Positions 1 to 14,700 of a stretch of 64,000 nucleotides of DNA are shown here, piece after piece. The translations under genes and the position numbers were made by a program. How positions within the stretch are numbered: position 1 is the stretch's first letter; each line of letters begins with the position of its first letter. Source of the DNA: Eledone cirrhosa (Eukaryota); NCBI GenBank assembly GCA_964016885.1, contig OZ024757.1, forward strand, positions 1,054,001 to 1,118,000. Reading direction: 5' to 3'. The notes under the pieces were generated by a model that was given only the letters and a program-made list of their open reading frames with translations, was not told where the DNA came from and did not search any database.

Positions 1-149
1 CAGAAACAATGTTTACCGCTTTTTCTCTATCTCCAGGGGGTGATACTTGACCACACTGACATATCTAGATACAGACTCCTGCCAACACCACCCTCTCTCT
101 GTAAAGTTATGTTGGTACCACAACATCCAGTTCAAACTAATGACATTGT

Positions 150-390
150 GTAGGTGTCATGACAAAAAAACACACAGTCCACGTTGTAATGTGGCCGTGT
201 AGGTAACACGGTAAAAAGCTCCCAGTCCACACTGTAAATGTGGTTGGTGTTAGGAAGGGCATCTAGCCGTAGAAAACCTGCCAGACAGTCCTATCCAGGG
301 AGATAGTCACCCGACCAATCTTGCCTCAAGTGGGACAACTCCCGTCTAATCCATGTTAACGTGTAAGATAGATGTTAAACGATGATGATG
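150..390 (+). mobile_element. 3' half of a SINE with RTE-type tail ending in (GAT)n
   Basis: cactgtaaatgtggttggtgttaggaagggcatctagccgtagaaa matches the SINE segment at about 22965-23015; ends in gatgatgatg. Confidence 0.7.
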
Positions 391-423
391 TATCAGATGA
401 ACTAAAGATTCAAATCTTTCTAG

Positions 424-519
424 GTAGCTAATGAAATGGCTGATAAACAGCAGCAGCCAAATTTACCTGATTTTGAAAAACACGTTTCTTCAGATTCTTT
501 TGATAATGATTCATCATGA
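424..519 (+). CDS. possible short terminal coding exon (VANEMADKQQQPNLPDFEKHVSSDSFDNDSS*)
   Basis: follows the acceptor-like tctttctag; 31 open codons of non-repetitive sequence then TGA; no homology recognised. Confidence 0.2.
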   Translation, partial: VANEMADKQQQPNLPDFEKHVSSDSFDNDSS

Positions 520-679
520 AAGATATCAAAAACTATGTAAATCAGACAAATTCCTCGTTGAAAGTATCGGCCCTTAACCTGAAGAGCTGGAAACTGGGGA
601 GGTACAGTTTCATGTTCCTTATTATCTGGAGAACCTTGTGGGGATGATGACACAGGTGCTAAAAGCTAGACATTCCACC

Positions 680-781
680 AAGGTTAACTTTGTCTTTCAT
701 CCTTACGGGGTCGATAAAATAAAGTACCAGTAATGTACTGGGGTAGTTGCTCGCCTTGTGCTAAAAGTAGAAACAATTATA
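680..781 (+). mobile_element. 5'-truncated SINE family A (Meta-domain-like)
   Basis: ctttcatccttacggggtcgataaaataaagtaccagt...agtagaaacaattat shared with copies at 23858, 26626 and 30705. Confidence 0.8.
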
Positions 782-1981
782 AATATCTCTTCAATGATGC
801 TGAATTGTGGAGAAGTTTAAGAAACTCTCAGGTAGGTTAACTTTTCACATTCAGTTTCTCTACATAAATTCTACATATAATAATAAGGAAATTATTGTGT
901 ACTGTGCTCAGGTGCACTACAACTCATCAAAGGTGCATGTATAGTACATAGAATAATGTACAAATGTCAGGTAAATGAACAGTGTATGAGTCATGATATA
1001 CATATTTTTATTGATATATGAAAGAGTCAGGACTCCGACGGCTGAGCTCTTGCCTTTTCAACAGTTATTTTTATTGGTATAGAATTATAGAAAACTAGGA
1101 GAGATTTTATATCTGGGATGGGGTACCTTTTTATGTTGCAATACTGCAGAGAAATGAACTGAGATCTAACAAGGCCGGCCACATTGTGTAAAATATTATT
1201 TCGGGGTCATTCTACTGAAATTCAACAGCGGTCTGTGCCAGAGTTCTTCACATTTTCACCAATTATTGATATCGATGAGAGAAGTAATTCCTGAAAATTT
1301 CAGCTCCATAGCTCCTACTAATCAGATTTATAGCCATTTAAAGATTTGAGCAATTTCCAAAATTTTGAAAGTATTGAATTTATTTGATTTTTAAAGGCCT
1401 AGTACTCCAAGTGGCTTTTATCCCATGCCTTTGGAACTGGATTTCCTTAATCTCCACCATCTGAGGTCCTTCAGGCACTATGAGCCAATTGCTTTAAGCT
1501 GACCATTTTAAACAATTGTTAAATGAAAATTTGAAAAATCACAAAAATCCAGGTTTGGGACCTATTAAAAAAGAATACTCAAAGTTTAGGTGACACTGAA
1601 TAGCAATAACTGTTGAGCATCACTGTTGAGCATCCCATCTTCTCTAATTATGGAGTATGGCCTGGAAACTTGACAGAACATTTGAATTGAGTTATCCAAA
1701 GGCCTCATTTTCAGTGTATGAAGGGGGTTAAATGTGGAAAAACTGAAATGCAAACAATCACAATCATTTATTAATTTTTGAACCATGATAACTTGTCACA
1801 AAGTTGAAACCATATAAAACTTTATTCTGAAAATACACCTGGAGGTGAAGCTAGAATAACAGACAAAGTATTTTAAATCGATGTAAGGATTTATTCAAAT
1901 CCCCTGAAAATGACTCAAAATGGGAATTCCTGCTTTTTCGGGATAGTTCAGAGCCCCAAAAGTCAATGTGCAACAATTCAG

Positions 1982-4348
1982 TAACATTTACATTACTCTA
2001 TATATACTATTGTATTTTCACAGGAAAGGCTTTACCTCACATAATATCTCACATAACATTTACATTGCTCTATATATACTATTGTATTTTCACAGTAAAG
2101 GCTTCACCTCACATAATATCTCACATAACATTTACACTACTCTATATATTCTATTGTATTTTCACAGTAAAGGCTTTACGTCACATAATATCTCACATAA
2201 CATTTACATTGCTCTATATATACTATTGTATTTTCACAGTAAAGGCTTTACCTCACATAACATTTACATTACTCTATATATACTATTGTATTTTCACTGT
2301 AAGGGGTTTACCTCACATAATATCTCACATAATATTTACATTACTCTATATATACTATTGTATTTTCACAGTAAAGGCTTTACCTCACATAATATCTCAC
2401 ATAACATTTACATTGCTCTATATATACTATTGTATTTTCACAGTAAAGGCTTTACCTCACATAACGTTTACATTACTCTATATATACTATTGTATTTTCA
2501 CAGTAAGGGCTTTACCTCACATAGTATCTCACATAACATTTACATTACTCTATATATACTATTGTATTTTCACAGTAAAGGCTTTACCTCACATATCTCA
2601 CATAACATTTACATTACTCTATATATACTATTGTATTTTCACAGTAAGGGCTTTACCTCACATAATATCTCACATAACATTTACATTACTCTATATATAC
2701 TATTGTATTTTCACAGGAAAGGCTTTACCTCACATAATATCTCACATAACATTTACATTGCTCTATATATACTATTGTATTTTCACAGTAAAGGCTTCAC
2801 CTCACATAATATCTCACATAACATTTACACTACTCTATATATTCTATTGTATTTTCACAGTAAAGGCTTTACCTCACATAATATCTCACATAACATTTAC
2901 ATTGCTCTATATATACTATTGTATTTTCACAGTAAAGGCTTTACCTCACATAACATTTACATTACTCTATATATACTATTGTATTTTCACTGTAAGGGGT
3001 TTACCTCACATAATATCTCACATAATATTTACATTACTCTATATATACTATTGTATTTTCACAGTAAAGGCTTTACCTCACATAATATCTCACATAACAT
3101 TTACATTGCTCTATATATACTATTGTATTTTCACAGTAAAGGCTTTACCTCACATAACGTTTACATTACTCTATATATACTATTGTATTTTCACAGTAAG
3201 GGCTTTACCTCACATAATATCTCACATAACATTTACATTACTCTATATATACTATTGTATTTTCACAGTAAAGGCTTTACCTCACATATCTCACATAACA
3301 TTTACATTACTCTATATATACTATTGTATTTTCACAGTAAGGGCTTTACCTCACATAATATCTCACATAACATTTACATTACTCTATATATACTATTGTA
3401 TTTTCACAGTAAAGGCTTTACTTCACATAATATCTCACATAACATTTACATTGCTCTATATATACTATTGTATTTTCACAGTAAAGGCTTTACCTCACAT
3501 AATATCTCACATAACATTTACATTGCTCTATATATACTATTGTATTTTCACAGTAAAGGCTTTACCTCACATAATATCTCAGATAACATTTACATTACTC
3601 TATATATACTATTGTATTTTCACAGTTAAGGTTTTACCTTATATAATATCTCATATAACATTTACATTACTCTATATATACTACTGTATTTTCACAGTAA
3701 AGGCTTTACCTCACATAATATCTCACATAACATTTACATTACTCTATATATATATACTATTGTATTTTCATAGTAAAGACTTTACCTCACATATTATCTC
3801 ACATAACATTAATATTACTCTATATATACGATAGTATTTTCACAGTAAAGGCTTTACCTCACATAACATTTACATTACTCTATATATACTATTGTATTTT
3901 CACAGTAAAGGCTTTACCCCACATAATATCTCACATAACATTTACATTACTCTATATATACTATAGTATGTTCACAGTAAAGGCTTTACCTCACATAATA
4001 TCTCACATAACATTTACATTACTCTATATATACTATAGTATGTTCACAGTAAAGGCTTTACCTCACATAATATCTCACATAACATTTACTTTACTCTATA
4101 TATACTATTGTATTTTCACAGTAAAGGCTTTACCCCACATATTATCTCACATAACATTTACATTACTCTATATATACTATTGTATTTTCACAGTAAATGC
4201 TTTACCCCACATAATATCTGACATAACATTTACATTACTCTATATATACTATTGTATTTTCACAGTAAAGGCTTTACCTCACATAATATCTCACATAACA
4301 TTTACATTACTCTATATATACAATTGTATTTTCACAGTAAAGGCTTTA
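1982..4348. repeat. 72-bp AT-rich satellite (60- and 69-bp variants), roughly 34 copies, 693-bp 10-mer higher-order repeat
   Basis: monomer cacataatatctcacataacatttacattactctatatatactattgtattttcacagtaaaggctttacct; diagnostic cagGaaagg variant at 2021 and 2714. Confidence 0.97.
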
Positions 4349-4975
4349 AAGATTTTGAGATTTTGATATTATTTATTTTGTGAACAATACGTTAACATCA
4401 CTATGAATGGCCAGTTTAAACAGAAAGAGGTGAGATAATTCTTGTCAGAGATTTATGGCTGGTTTAAATTCTTGGACATTGACCTCTTGACTATACAAAA
4501 ATATAAATGGGGAACTGAATCAAATGCTATGGTTAAATCTATCAGTTTACATCTCATGGTACATGCTGCTTGTTGATTTAAATATTTTTTTGGAAAAGTC
4601 CAGTTTTGGGTGTTTGCAGTCCCGCAGAATTGCTTTGTAGCCTTTTCATAATATGTAATGTTTGTAGTCCCATTTAGTTGAAGGAACTTGAATTTTAGCC
4701 ATAGTGTAGCTCTATCATATATAATGGTTGTCAGCAGAATTTAGTTGATAGAAACTTCTTAGTTTAGCCATAATGATTTTGTAATATTAACAAAATAATA
4801 AGTTATTTAAATATGTTTAATTAAGAGTGTAACGTTGTCCATTAAAGATATATTTGTCAGGAGAGGGACTATATTTATTTGAACTGTTGAAGGTAGAGAC
4901 ATGGTTGTGTGGTGACATGGACCATGAGATTGACTGAACCATGAAATATAACTGGTATAAAGTTAATGTGGTGTG

Positions 4976-5006
<31 letters not shown>

Positions 5007-5084
5007 CACCAGGTCCTATCACAAAGGAACCAAACTCCCACTCTCACTAACAGGTTTCTCTCGTTTTCCCCATCTCCCACTATT

Positions 5085-5450
5085 ATGAGCAAATGGAGGC
5101 TCCACACGCTGGTGGCCCTGGCAGAAAGACTAGGAAAGGTGTTTCCCCAGAAGATGGCAAGGGAGACACGCTGGAAGAGACAACTCGCGAGGCTCACACC
5201 TGCGGGTAGCCAACTCTGTGCTGATGGTAGTGGGTAGGGAGGTGGTCCTAGGACACCAGAAATCTCCACTGCTTCGGGGTGCAGATGGTGGTGAGTAGGG
5301 AGGTGGAGGTCCTGGGGCCAAGGACACCAGGAATTTCCACTTGGTGGTCTTTCCATCCACAATAACTAGTGATGGTTTAGCAAGGCTGATAAACATGATC
5401 TTGGTTTTCCCAAGATGGCTGTTAAGGTCCACTGGTTAACTCACCGTGTG
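5085..5450 (-). mobile_element. degenerate chimeric non-LTR remnant, copy 1 (RTE-like RT piece plus CRE-like RLE C-terminus)
   Basis: minus-strand HLGKTKIMFISLAKP..IVDGKT followed by AVEISGVLG, ELATRRCEPRE and FQRVSLAIFWGN; homologous to 24878-25410. Confidence 0.7.
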
Positions 5451-5770
5451 GTAAACCATGGTGAGTGGGATGTCCAGCTTGTACAGTCACCAAACTATCC
5501 ACTAGATATCACTGAAATAAGAAACTACAAGTCAAAAAATGATATATATTTAAATGAATATAATTTCCGAATTAAAAAACAGTCCTAAGATCGAATCCCT
5601 CACCATCAACTGTACCACCAATACACTAATAATTTCATTGTAAAAATATCTTTACTCCCAACTAGTACCGAATTACTTCCCTTCCTTTCGTTTATATTTT
5701 TTTTAAACCCAAATTTCAAGAATAGTTGTAAATATCACTAATATATTTAATACAATTTCGGCCTTCGCAG

Positions 5771-8700
5771 TGATGTGTTGACTGTCTCAGACTACCAGTC
5801 TACCTGACTGGCTTGTGGACTGTCTCTCAGACTACCAGTCTACCTGGCTGGCTTGTGGACTGTCTCAGACTACCAGTCTACCTGGCTGGCTTGCGGACTG
5901 TCTCAGACTACCAGTCTACCTGGCTGGCTTGTGGACTGTCTCAGACTACCAGTCTACCTGGCTGGCTTGCGGACTGTCTCAGACTACCAGTCTACCTGGC
6001 TGGCTTGCGGACTGTCTCAGACTACCAGTCTACCTGACTGGCGTGGTGACTGTCTCTCAGACTACCAGTCTACCTGGCTGGCTTGTGGACTGTCTCAGAC
6101 TACCAGTCTACCTGGCTGGCTTGCGGACTGTCTCAGACTACCAGTCTACCTGGCTGGCTTGCGGACTGTCTCAGACTACCAGTCTACCTGACTGGCGTGG
6201 TGACTGTCTCTCAGACTACCAGTCTACCTGGCTGGCTTGTGGACTGTCTCAGACTACCAGTCTACCTGGCTGGCTTGCGGACTGTCTCAGACTACCAGTC
6301 TACCTGGCTGGCTTGTGGACTGTCTCAGACTACCAGTCTACTTGACTGGCGTGGTGACTGTCTCTCAGACTACCATTCTACCTGGCTGGCTTGTGGACTG
6401 TCTCAGACTACCAGTCTACCTGGCTGGCTTGTAGACTGTCTCAGACTACTAGTCTACCTGGCTGGCTTGTGGACTGTGTCTCAGACTACCAGTCTACCTA
6501 GCTGGCTTGTGGACTGTCTCAAACTACCAGTCTACCTGGCTGGCTTGTGGACTGTGTCTCAGACTACCAGTCTACCTGGCTGACTTGTGGACTGTCTCAG
6601 ACTACCAGTCTACTTGACTGGCGTGGTGACTGTCTCTCAGACTACCATTCTACCTGGCTGGCTTGTGGACTGTCTCAGACTACCAGTCTACCTGGCTGGC
6701 TTGTAGACTGTCTCAGACTACTAGTCTACCTGGCTGGCTTGTGGACTGTGTCTCAGACTACCAGTCTACCTGGCTGGCTTGTGGACTGTGTCTCAGACTA
6801 CCAGTCTACCTGGCTGACTTGTGGACTGTGTCTCAGACAACCAGTCTACCTGGCTGGCTTGTGGACTGTCTCAGACTACCAGTCTACCTGGCTGGCTTGT
6901 GGACTGTGTCTCAGACTACCAGTCTACCTGGCTGGCTTGTGGACTGTCTCAGACTACCAGTCTACCTGGCTGGCTTGTGGACTGTGTCTCAGACTACCAG
7001 TCTACCTGGCTGGCTTGTGGACTGTCTCAGACTACCAGTCTACCTGGCTGGCTTGTGGACTGTGTCTCAGACTACCAGTCTACCTGGCTGGCTTGTGGAC
7101 TGTCTCAGACTACCAGTCTACCTGGCTGACTTGTGGACTGTGTCTCAGACAACCAGTCTACCTGGCTGGCTTGTGGACTGTCTCAGACTACCAGTCTACC
7201 TGGCTGGCTTGTGGACTGTGTCTCAGACTACCAGTCTACCTGGCTGGCTTGTGGACTGTCTCAGACTACCAGTCTACCTGGCTGGCTTGTGGACTGTGTC
7301 TCAGACTACCAGTCTACCTGGCTGGCTTGTGGACTGTCTCAGACTACCAGTCTACCTGGCTGGCTTGTGGACTGTGTCTCAGACTACCAGTCTACCTGGC
7401 TGACTTGTGGACTGTCTCAGACTACCAGTCTACCTGGCTGGCTTGTGGAAGGTGTTTCACACTACCAGTCTACCTGGCTGACTTGTGGACTGTGTCTCAG
7501 ACAACCAGTCTACCTGGCTGGCTTGTGGACTGTGTCTCAGACTACCAGTCTACCTGGCTGGCTTGTGGAAGGTGTTTCACACTACCAGTCTACCTGGCTG
7601 GCTTGTGAACTGTGTCTCAGACTACCAGTCTACCTGGCTGGCTTGTGGACTGTCTCAAACTACCAGTCTACCTGGCTGGCTTGTGGACTGTCTCAGACTA
7701 CCAGTCTACCTGGCTGGCTTGTGTACTGTGTCTCACACTACCAGTCTACCTGGCTGACTTGTGGACTGTGTCTCAGACTACCAGTCTACCTGGCTGGCTT
7801 GTGGACTGTCTCAGACTACCAGTCTACCTGGCTGGCTTGTGGACTGTGTCTCAGACTAGCAGTCTACCTGGCTGGCTTGTGGACTGTCTCAGATTACCAG
7901 TCTACCTGGCTGGCTTGTGGACTGTCTCAGAGTACCAGTCTACCTGGTTGATGTGTGACTGTCAAGTCGGTCTGGAGTTCTTTTGTTTAGATATCAAGTG
8001 AGTTACCTCCATTTATAATATTATCTCCTTATTTATTATAGAAATGGCTGGCTTGTGGACTGTCTCAGACTACCAGTCTACCTGGCTGGCTTGTGGACTG
8101 TCTCAGACTACCAGTCTACCTGGCTGGCTTGTGGACTGTCTCAGACTACCATTCTACCTGGTTGGCTTGTGGACTGTGTCTCTACCAGTCTACCTGGCTG
8201 ACTTGTGGACTGTCTCAGACTACCAGTCTACCTGGCTGGCTTGTGGACTGTCTCAGACTACCAGTCTACCTGGCTGGCTTGTGGACTGTCTCAGACTACC
8301 AGTCTACCTGGCTGGCTTGTGGACTGTCTCAGACTACCAGTCTACCTGGCTGGCTTGTGGACTGTCTCAGACTACCAGTCTACCTGGCTGGCTTGTGGAC
8401 TGTCTCAGACTACCAGTCTACCTGGCTGACTTGTGAACTGTCTCACACTACCAGTCTACCTGGCTGGCTTGTGGAGTGTCTCAGACTACCATTCTACCTG
8501 GTTGGCTTGTGGACTGTGTCTCTACCAGTCTACCTGGCTGGCTTGTGGACTGTCTCAGACTACCAGTCTACCTGGCTGGCTTGTGGACTGTCTCAGACTA
8601 CCAGTCTACCTGGCTGGCTTGTGGACTGTCTCAGACTACCAGTCTACCTGGCTGGCTTGTGGACTGTCTCAGACTACCAGTCTACCTGGCTGGCTTGTGG

Positions 8701-11700
8701 ACTGTCTCAGACTACCAGTCTACCTGGCTGGCTTGTGGACTGTCTCAGACTACCAGTCTACCTGGCTGACTTGTGAACTGTCTCAGACTACCAGTCTACC
8801 TGGCTGGCTTGTGGACTGTCTCAGACTACCATTCTACCTGGTTGGCTTGTGGACTGTGTCTCTACCAGTCTACCTGGCTGGCTTGTGGACTGTCTCAGAC
8901 TACCAGTCTACCTGGCTGGCTTGTGGACTGTCTCAGACTACCAGTCTACCTGGCTGGCTTGTGGACTGTCTCAGACTACCAGTCTACCTGGCTGGCTTGT
9001 GGACTGTCTCAGACTACCAGTCTACCTGGCTGGCTTGTGGACTGTCTCAGACTACCAGTCTACCTGGCTGGCTTGTGGACTGTCTCAGACTACCAGTCTA
9101 CCTGGCTGACTTGTGAACTGTCTCACACTACCAGTCTACCTGGCTGGCTTGTGGAGTGTCTCACACTACCAGTCTACCTGGCTGGCTTGTGAAGTGTCTC
9201 AGACTACCAGTCTACCTGGCTGACTTGTGGACTGTGTCTCAGACTACCAGTCTACCTGGCTGGCTTGTGGACTGTGTCTCAGACTACCAGTCTACCTGGC
9301 TGGCTTGTGGACTGTGTCTCAGTCTAGCAGTCTACCTGGCTGGCTTGTGGACTGTCTCAGACTAGCAGTCTACCTGGCTGGCTTGTGGACTGTCTCAGAT
9401 TACCAGTCTACCTGGCTGGCTTGTGGACAGTCTCAGACTACCAGTCTACCTGGCTGGCTTGTGGACTGTGTCTCAGACTACCAGTCTACCTGGCTGTCTT
9501 GTGGACTGTCTCAGACTACCAGTCTACCTGGCTGGCTTGTGGACTGTCACACAATACCAGTCTACCTGGCTGGCTTGTGGACTGTCTCACACTACCAGTC
9601 TACCTGGCTGGCTTGTGGACTGTGTCTCTACCAGTCTACCTGGCTGACTTGTGGACTGTCTCAGACTACCAGTCTACCTGGCTGGCTTGTGTACCGTCTC
9701 CCACTACCAGTCTACCTGGCTGGCTTGTGGACTGTCTCAGACTACCAGTCTACCTGGCTGATATGTGGACTGTCTCAGACTACCAGTCTACCTGGCTGGC
9801 TTGTGGACTGTGTCTCACACTACCAGTCTACCTGGCTGGCTTGTGGACTGTCTCAGACTACCAGTCTACATGGCTGGCTTGTGGACTGTCTAAGACTACC
9901 AGTCTACCTGGCTGGCTTGTGGACTGACTCAGACTACCAGTCTACCTGGCTGGTTTGTGGACTGTCTCAGACTAGACTACCAGTCTACCTAGATGGCTTG
10001 TGGACTGTCTCAGACTACCAGTCTACCTGGCTGGCTTGTGGACTGTCTCACACTACCAGTCTACCTGGCTGGCTTGTGGACTGTGTCTCAGACTAGCAGT
10101 CTACCTGGCTGGCTTGTGGACTGTCTCAGATTACCAGTCTACCTGGCTGGCTTGTGGACTGTCTCAGACTACCAGTCTACCTGGCTGGCTTGTGGACTGT
10201 CTCTCAGACTAGCAGTCTACCTGGCTGGCTTGTGGACTGTCTCAGACTACCAGTCTACCTGGCTGGCTTGTGGACTGTCTCTCAGACTACCAGTCTACCT
10301 GGCTGGCTTGTGGACTGTGTCTCAGACTACCAGTCTACCTAGCTGGCTTGTGGACTGTCTCAAACTACCAGTCTACATGGCTGGCTTGTGGAGGGTGTCT
10401 CAGACTAGCAGCCTACCTGGCTGGCTTGTGGACTGTCTCAGACTACCAGTCTACCTGGCTGGCTTGTGGACTGTCTCAGATTACCAGTCTACCTGGCTGG
10501 CTTGTGGACTGTGTCTCTACGAGTCTACCTGGCTGGCTTGTGTACCGTCTCAGACTACCAGTCTACCTGGCTGGCTTGTGGACTGTCTCAGACTACCAGT
10601 CTACCTGGCTGGCTTGTGGACTGTCTCAGACTACCATTCTACCTGGTTGGCTTGTGGACTGTGTCTCTACCAGTCTACCTGGCTGACTTGTGGACTGTCT
10701 CAGACTACCAGTCTACCTGGCTGGCTTGTGGACTGTCTCAGACTACCAGTCTACCTGGCTGGCTTGTGGACTGTCTCAGACTACCAGTCTACCTGGCTGG
10801 CTTGTGGACTGTCTCAGACTACCAGTCTACCTGGCTGGCTTGTGGACTGTCTCAGACTACCAGTCTACCTGGCTGGCTTGTGGACTGTCTCAGACTACCA
10901 GTCTACCTGGCTGACTTGTGAACTGTCTCACACTACCAGTCTACCTGGCTGGCTTGTGGAGTGTCTCAGACTACCATTCTACCTGGTTGGCTTGTGGACT
11001 GTGTCTCTACCAGTCTACCTGGCTGGCTTGTGGACTGTCTCAGACTACCAGTCTACCTGGCTGGCTTGTGGACTGTCTCAGACTACCAGTCTACCTGGCT
11101 GGCTTGTGGACTGTCTCAGACTACCAGTCTACCTGGCTGGCTTGTGGACTGTCTCAGACTACCAGTCTACCTGGCTGGCTTGTGGACTGTCTCAGACTAC
11201 CAGTCTACCTGGCTGGCTTGTGGACTGTCTCAGACTACCAGTCTACCTGGCTGACTTGTGAACTGTCTCAGACTACCAGTCTACCTGGCTGGCTTGTGGA
11301 CTGTCTCAGACTACCATTCTACCTGGTTGGCTTGTGGACTGTGTCTCTACCAGTCTACCTGGCTGGCTTGTGGACTGTCTCAGACTACCAGTCTACCTGG
11401 CTGGCTTGTGGACTGTCTCAGACTACCAGTCTACCTGGCTGGCTTGTGGACTGTCTCAGACTACCAGTCTACCTGGCTGGCTTGTGGACTGTCTCAGACT
11501 ACCAGTCTACCTGGCTGGCTTGTGGACTGTCTCAGACTACCAGTCTACCTGGCTGGCTTGTGGACTGTCTCAGACTACCAGTCTACCTGGCTGACTTGTG
11601 AACTGTCTCACACTACCAGTCTACCTGGCTGGCTTGTGGAGTGTCTCACACTACCAGTCTACCTGGCTGGCTTGTGAAGTGTCTCAGACTACCAGTCTAC

Positions 11701-14700
11701 CTGGCTGACTTGTGGACTGTGTCTCAGACTACCAGTCTACCTGGCTGGCTTGTGGACTGTGTCTCAGACTACCAGTCTACCTGGCTGGCTTGTGGACTGT
11801 GTCTCAGTCTAGCAGTCTACCTGGCTGGCTTGTGGACTGTCTCAGACTAGCAGTCTACCTGGCTGGCTTGTGGACTGTCTCAGATTACCAGTCTACCTGG
11901 CTGGCTTGTGGACAGTCTCAGACTACCAGTCTACCTGGCTGGCTTGTGGACTGTGTCTCAGACTACCAGTCTACCTGGCTGTCTTGTGGACTGTCTCAGA
12001 CTACCAGTCTACCTGGCTGGCTTGTGGACTGTGTCTCTACCAGTCTACCTGGCTGACTTGTGGACTGTCTCAGACTACCAGTCTACCTGGCTGGCTTGTG
12101 TACCGTCTCCCACTACCAGTCTACCTGGCTGGCTTGTGGACTGTCTCAGACTACCAGTCTACCTGGCTGATATGTGGACTGTCTCAGACTACCAGTCTAC
12201 CTGGCTGGCTTGTGGACTGTGTCTCACACTACCAGTCTACCTGGCTGGCTTGTGGACTGTCTCAGACTACCAGTCTACATGGCTGGCTTGTGGACTGTCT
12301 AAGACTACCAGTCTACCTGGCTGGCTTGTGGACTGACTCAGACTACCAGTCTACCTGGCTGGTTTGTGGACTGTCTCAGACTAGACTACCAGTCTACCTA
12401 GATGGCTTGTGGACTGTCTCAGACTACCAGTCTACCTGGCTGGCTTGTGGACTGTCTCACACTACCAGTCTACCTGGCTGGCTTGTGGACTGTGTCTCAG
12501 ACTAGCAGTCTACCTGGCTGGCTTGTGGACTGTCTCAGATTACCAGTCTACCTGGCTGGCTTGTGGACTGTCTCAGACTACCAGTCTACCTGGCTGGCTT
12601 GTGGACTGTCTCTCAGACTAGCAGTCTACCTGGCTGGCTTGTGGACTGTCTCAGACTACCAGTCTACCTGGCTGGCTTGTGGACTGTCTCTCAGACTACC
12701 AGTCTACCTGGCTGGCTTGTGGACTGTGTCTCAGACTACCAGTCTACCTAGCTGGCTTGTGGACTGTCTCAAACTACCAGTCTACATGGCTGGCTTGTGG
12801 AGGGTGTCTCAGACTAGCAGCCTACCTGGCTGGCTTGTGGACTGTCTCAGACTACCAGTCTACCTGGCTGGCTTGTGGACTGTCTCAGATTACCAGTCTA
12901 CCTGGCTGGCTTGTGGACTGTGTCTCTACGAGTCTACCTGGCTGGCTTGTGTACCGTCTCAGACTACCAGTCTACCTGGCTGGCTTGTGGACTGTCTCAG
13001 ACTACCAGTCTACCTGGCTGGCTTGTGGACTGTCTCAGACTACCATTCTACCTGGTTGGCTTGTGGACTGTGTCTCTACCAGTCTACCTGGCTGACTTGT
13101 GGACTGTCTCAGACTACCAGTCTACCTGGCTGGCTTGTGGACTGTCTCAGACTACCAGTCTACCTGGCTGGCTTGTGGACTGTCTCAGACTACCAGTCTA
13201 CCTGGCTGGCTTGTGGACTGTCTCAGACTACCAGTCTACCTGGCTGGCTTGTGGACTGTCTCAGACTACCAGTCTACCTGGCTGGCTTGTGGACTGTCTC
13301 AGACTACCAGTCTACCTGGCTGACTTGTGAACTGTCTCACACTACCAGTCTACCTGGCTGGCTTGTGGAGTGTCTCAGACTACCATTCTACCTGGTTGGC
13401 TTGTGGACTGTGTCTCTACCAGTCTACCTGGCTGGCTTGTGGACTGTCTCAGACTACCAGTCTACCTGGCTGGCTTGTGGACTGTCTCAGACTACCAGTC
13501 TACCTGGCTGGCTTGTGGACTGTCTCAGACTACCAGTCTACCTGGCTGGCTTGTGGACTGTCTCAGACTACCAGTCTACCTGGCTGGCTTGTGGACTGTC
13601 TCAGACTACCAGTCTACCTGGCTGGCTTGTGGACTGTCTCAGACTACCAGTCTACCTGGCTGACTTGTGAACTGTCTCAGACTACCAGTCTACCTGGCTG
13701 GCTTGTGGACTGTCTCAGACTACCATTCTACCTGGTTGGCTTGTGGACTGTGTCTCTACCAGTCTACCTGGCTGGCTTGTGGACTGTCTCAGACTACCAG
13801 TCTACCTGGCTGGCTTGTGGACTGTCTCAGACTACCAGTCTACCTGGCTGGCTTGTGGACTGTCTCAGACTACCAGTCTACCTGGCTGGCTTGTGGACTG
13901 TCTCAGACTACCAGTCTACCTGGCTGGCTTGTGGACTGTCTCAGACTACCAGTCTACCTGGCTGGCTTGTGGACTGTCTCAGACTACCAGTCTACCTGGC
14001 TGACTTGTGAACTGTCTCACACTACCAGTCTACCTGGCTGGCTTGTGGAGTGTCTCACACTACCAGTCTACCTGGCTGGCTTGTGAAGTGTCTCAGACTA
14101 CCAGTCTACCTGGCTGACTTGTGGACTGTGTCTCAGACTACCAGTCTACCTGGCTGGCTTGTGGACTGTGTCTCAGACTACCAGTCTACCTGGCTGGCTT
14201 GTGGACTGTGTCTCAGTCTAGCAGTCTACCTGGCTGGCTTGTGGACTGTCTCAGACTAGCAGTCTACCTGGCTGGCTTGTGGACTGTCTCAGATTACCAG
14301 TCTACCTGGCTGGCTTGTGGACAGTCTCAGACTACCAGTCTACCTGGCTGGCTTGTGGACTGTGTCTCAGACTACCAGTCTACCTGGCTGTCTTGTGGAC
14401 TGTCTCAGACTACCAGTCTACCTGGCTGGCTTGTGGACTGTCACACACTACCAGTCTACCTGGCTGGCTTGTGGACTGTCTCACACTACCAGTCTACCTG
14501 GCTGGCTTGTGGACTGTGTCTCTACCAGTCTACCTGGCTGACTTGTGGACTGTCTCAGACTACCAGTCTACCTGGCTGGCTTGTGTACCGTCTCCCACTA
14601 CCAGTCTACCTGGCTGGCTTGTGGACTGTCTCAGACTACCAGTCTACCTGGCTGATATGTGGACTGTCTCAGACTACCAGTCTACCTGGCTGGCTTGTGG

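Noticed and set aside
575-615. CTGAAGA followed by GAAA as a hammerhead core
   Set aside because: No room for stem II and no supporting stems.
1200-1920. Possible non-autonomous DNA transposon
   Set aside because: The composition is suggestive, but I could not identify convincing terminal inverted repeats or a target-site duplication.
1966-4366. 622-aa and 553-aa ORFs
   Set aside because: Both are translations of the 72-bp repeat in two frames at once, with no protein-like features.
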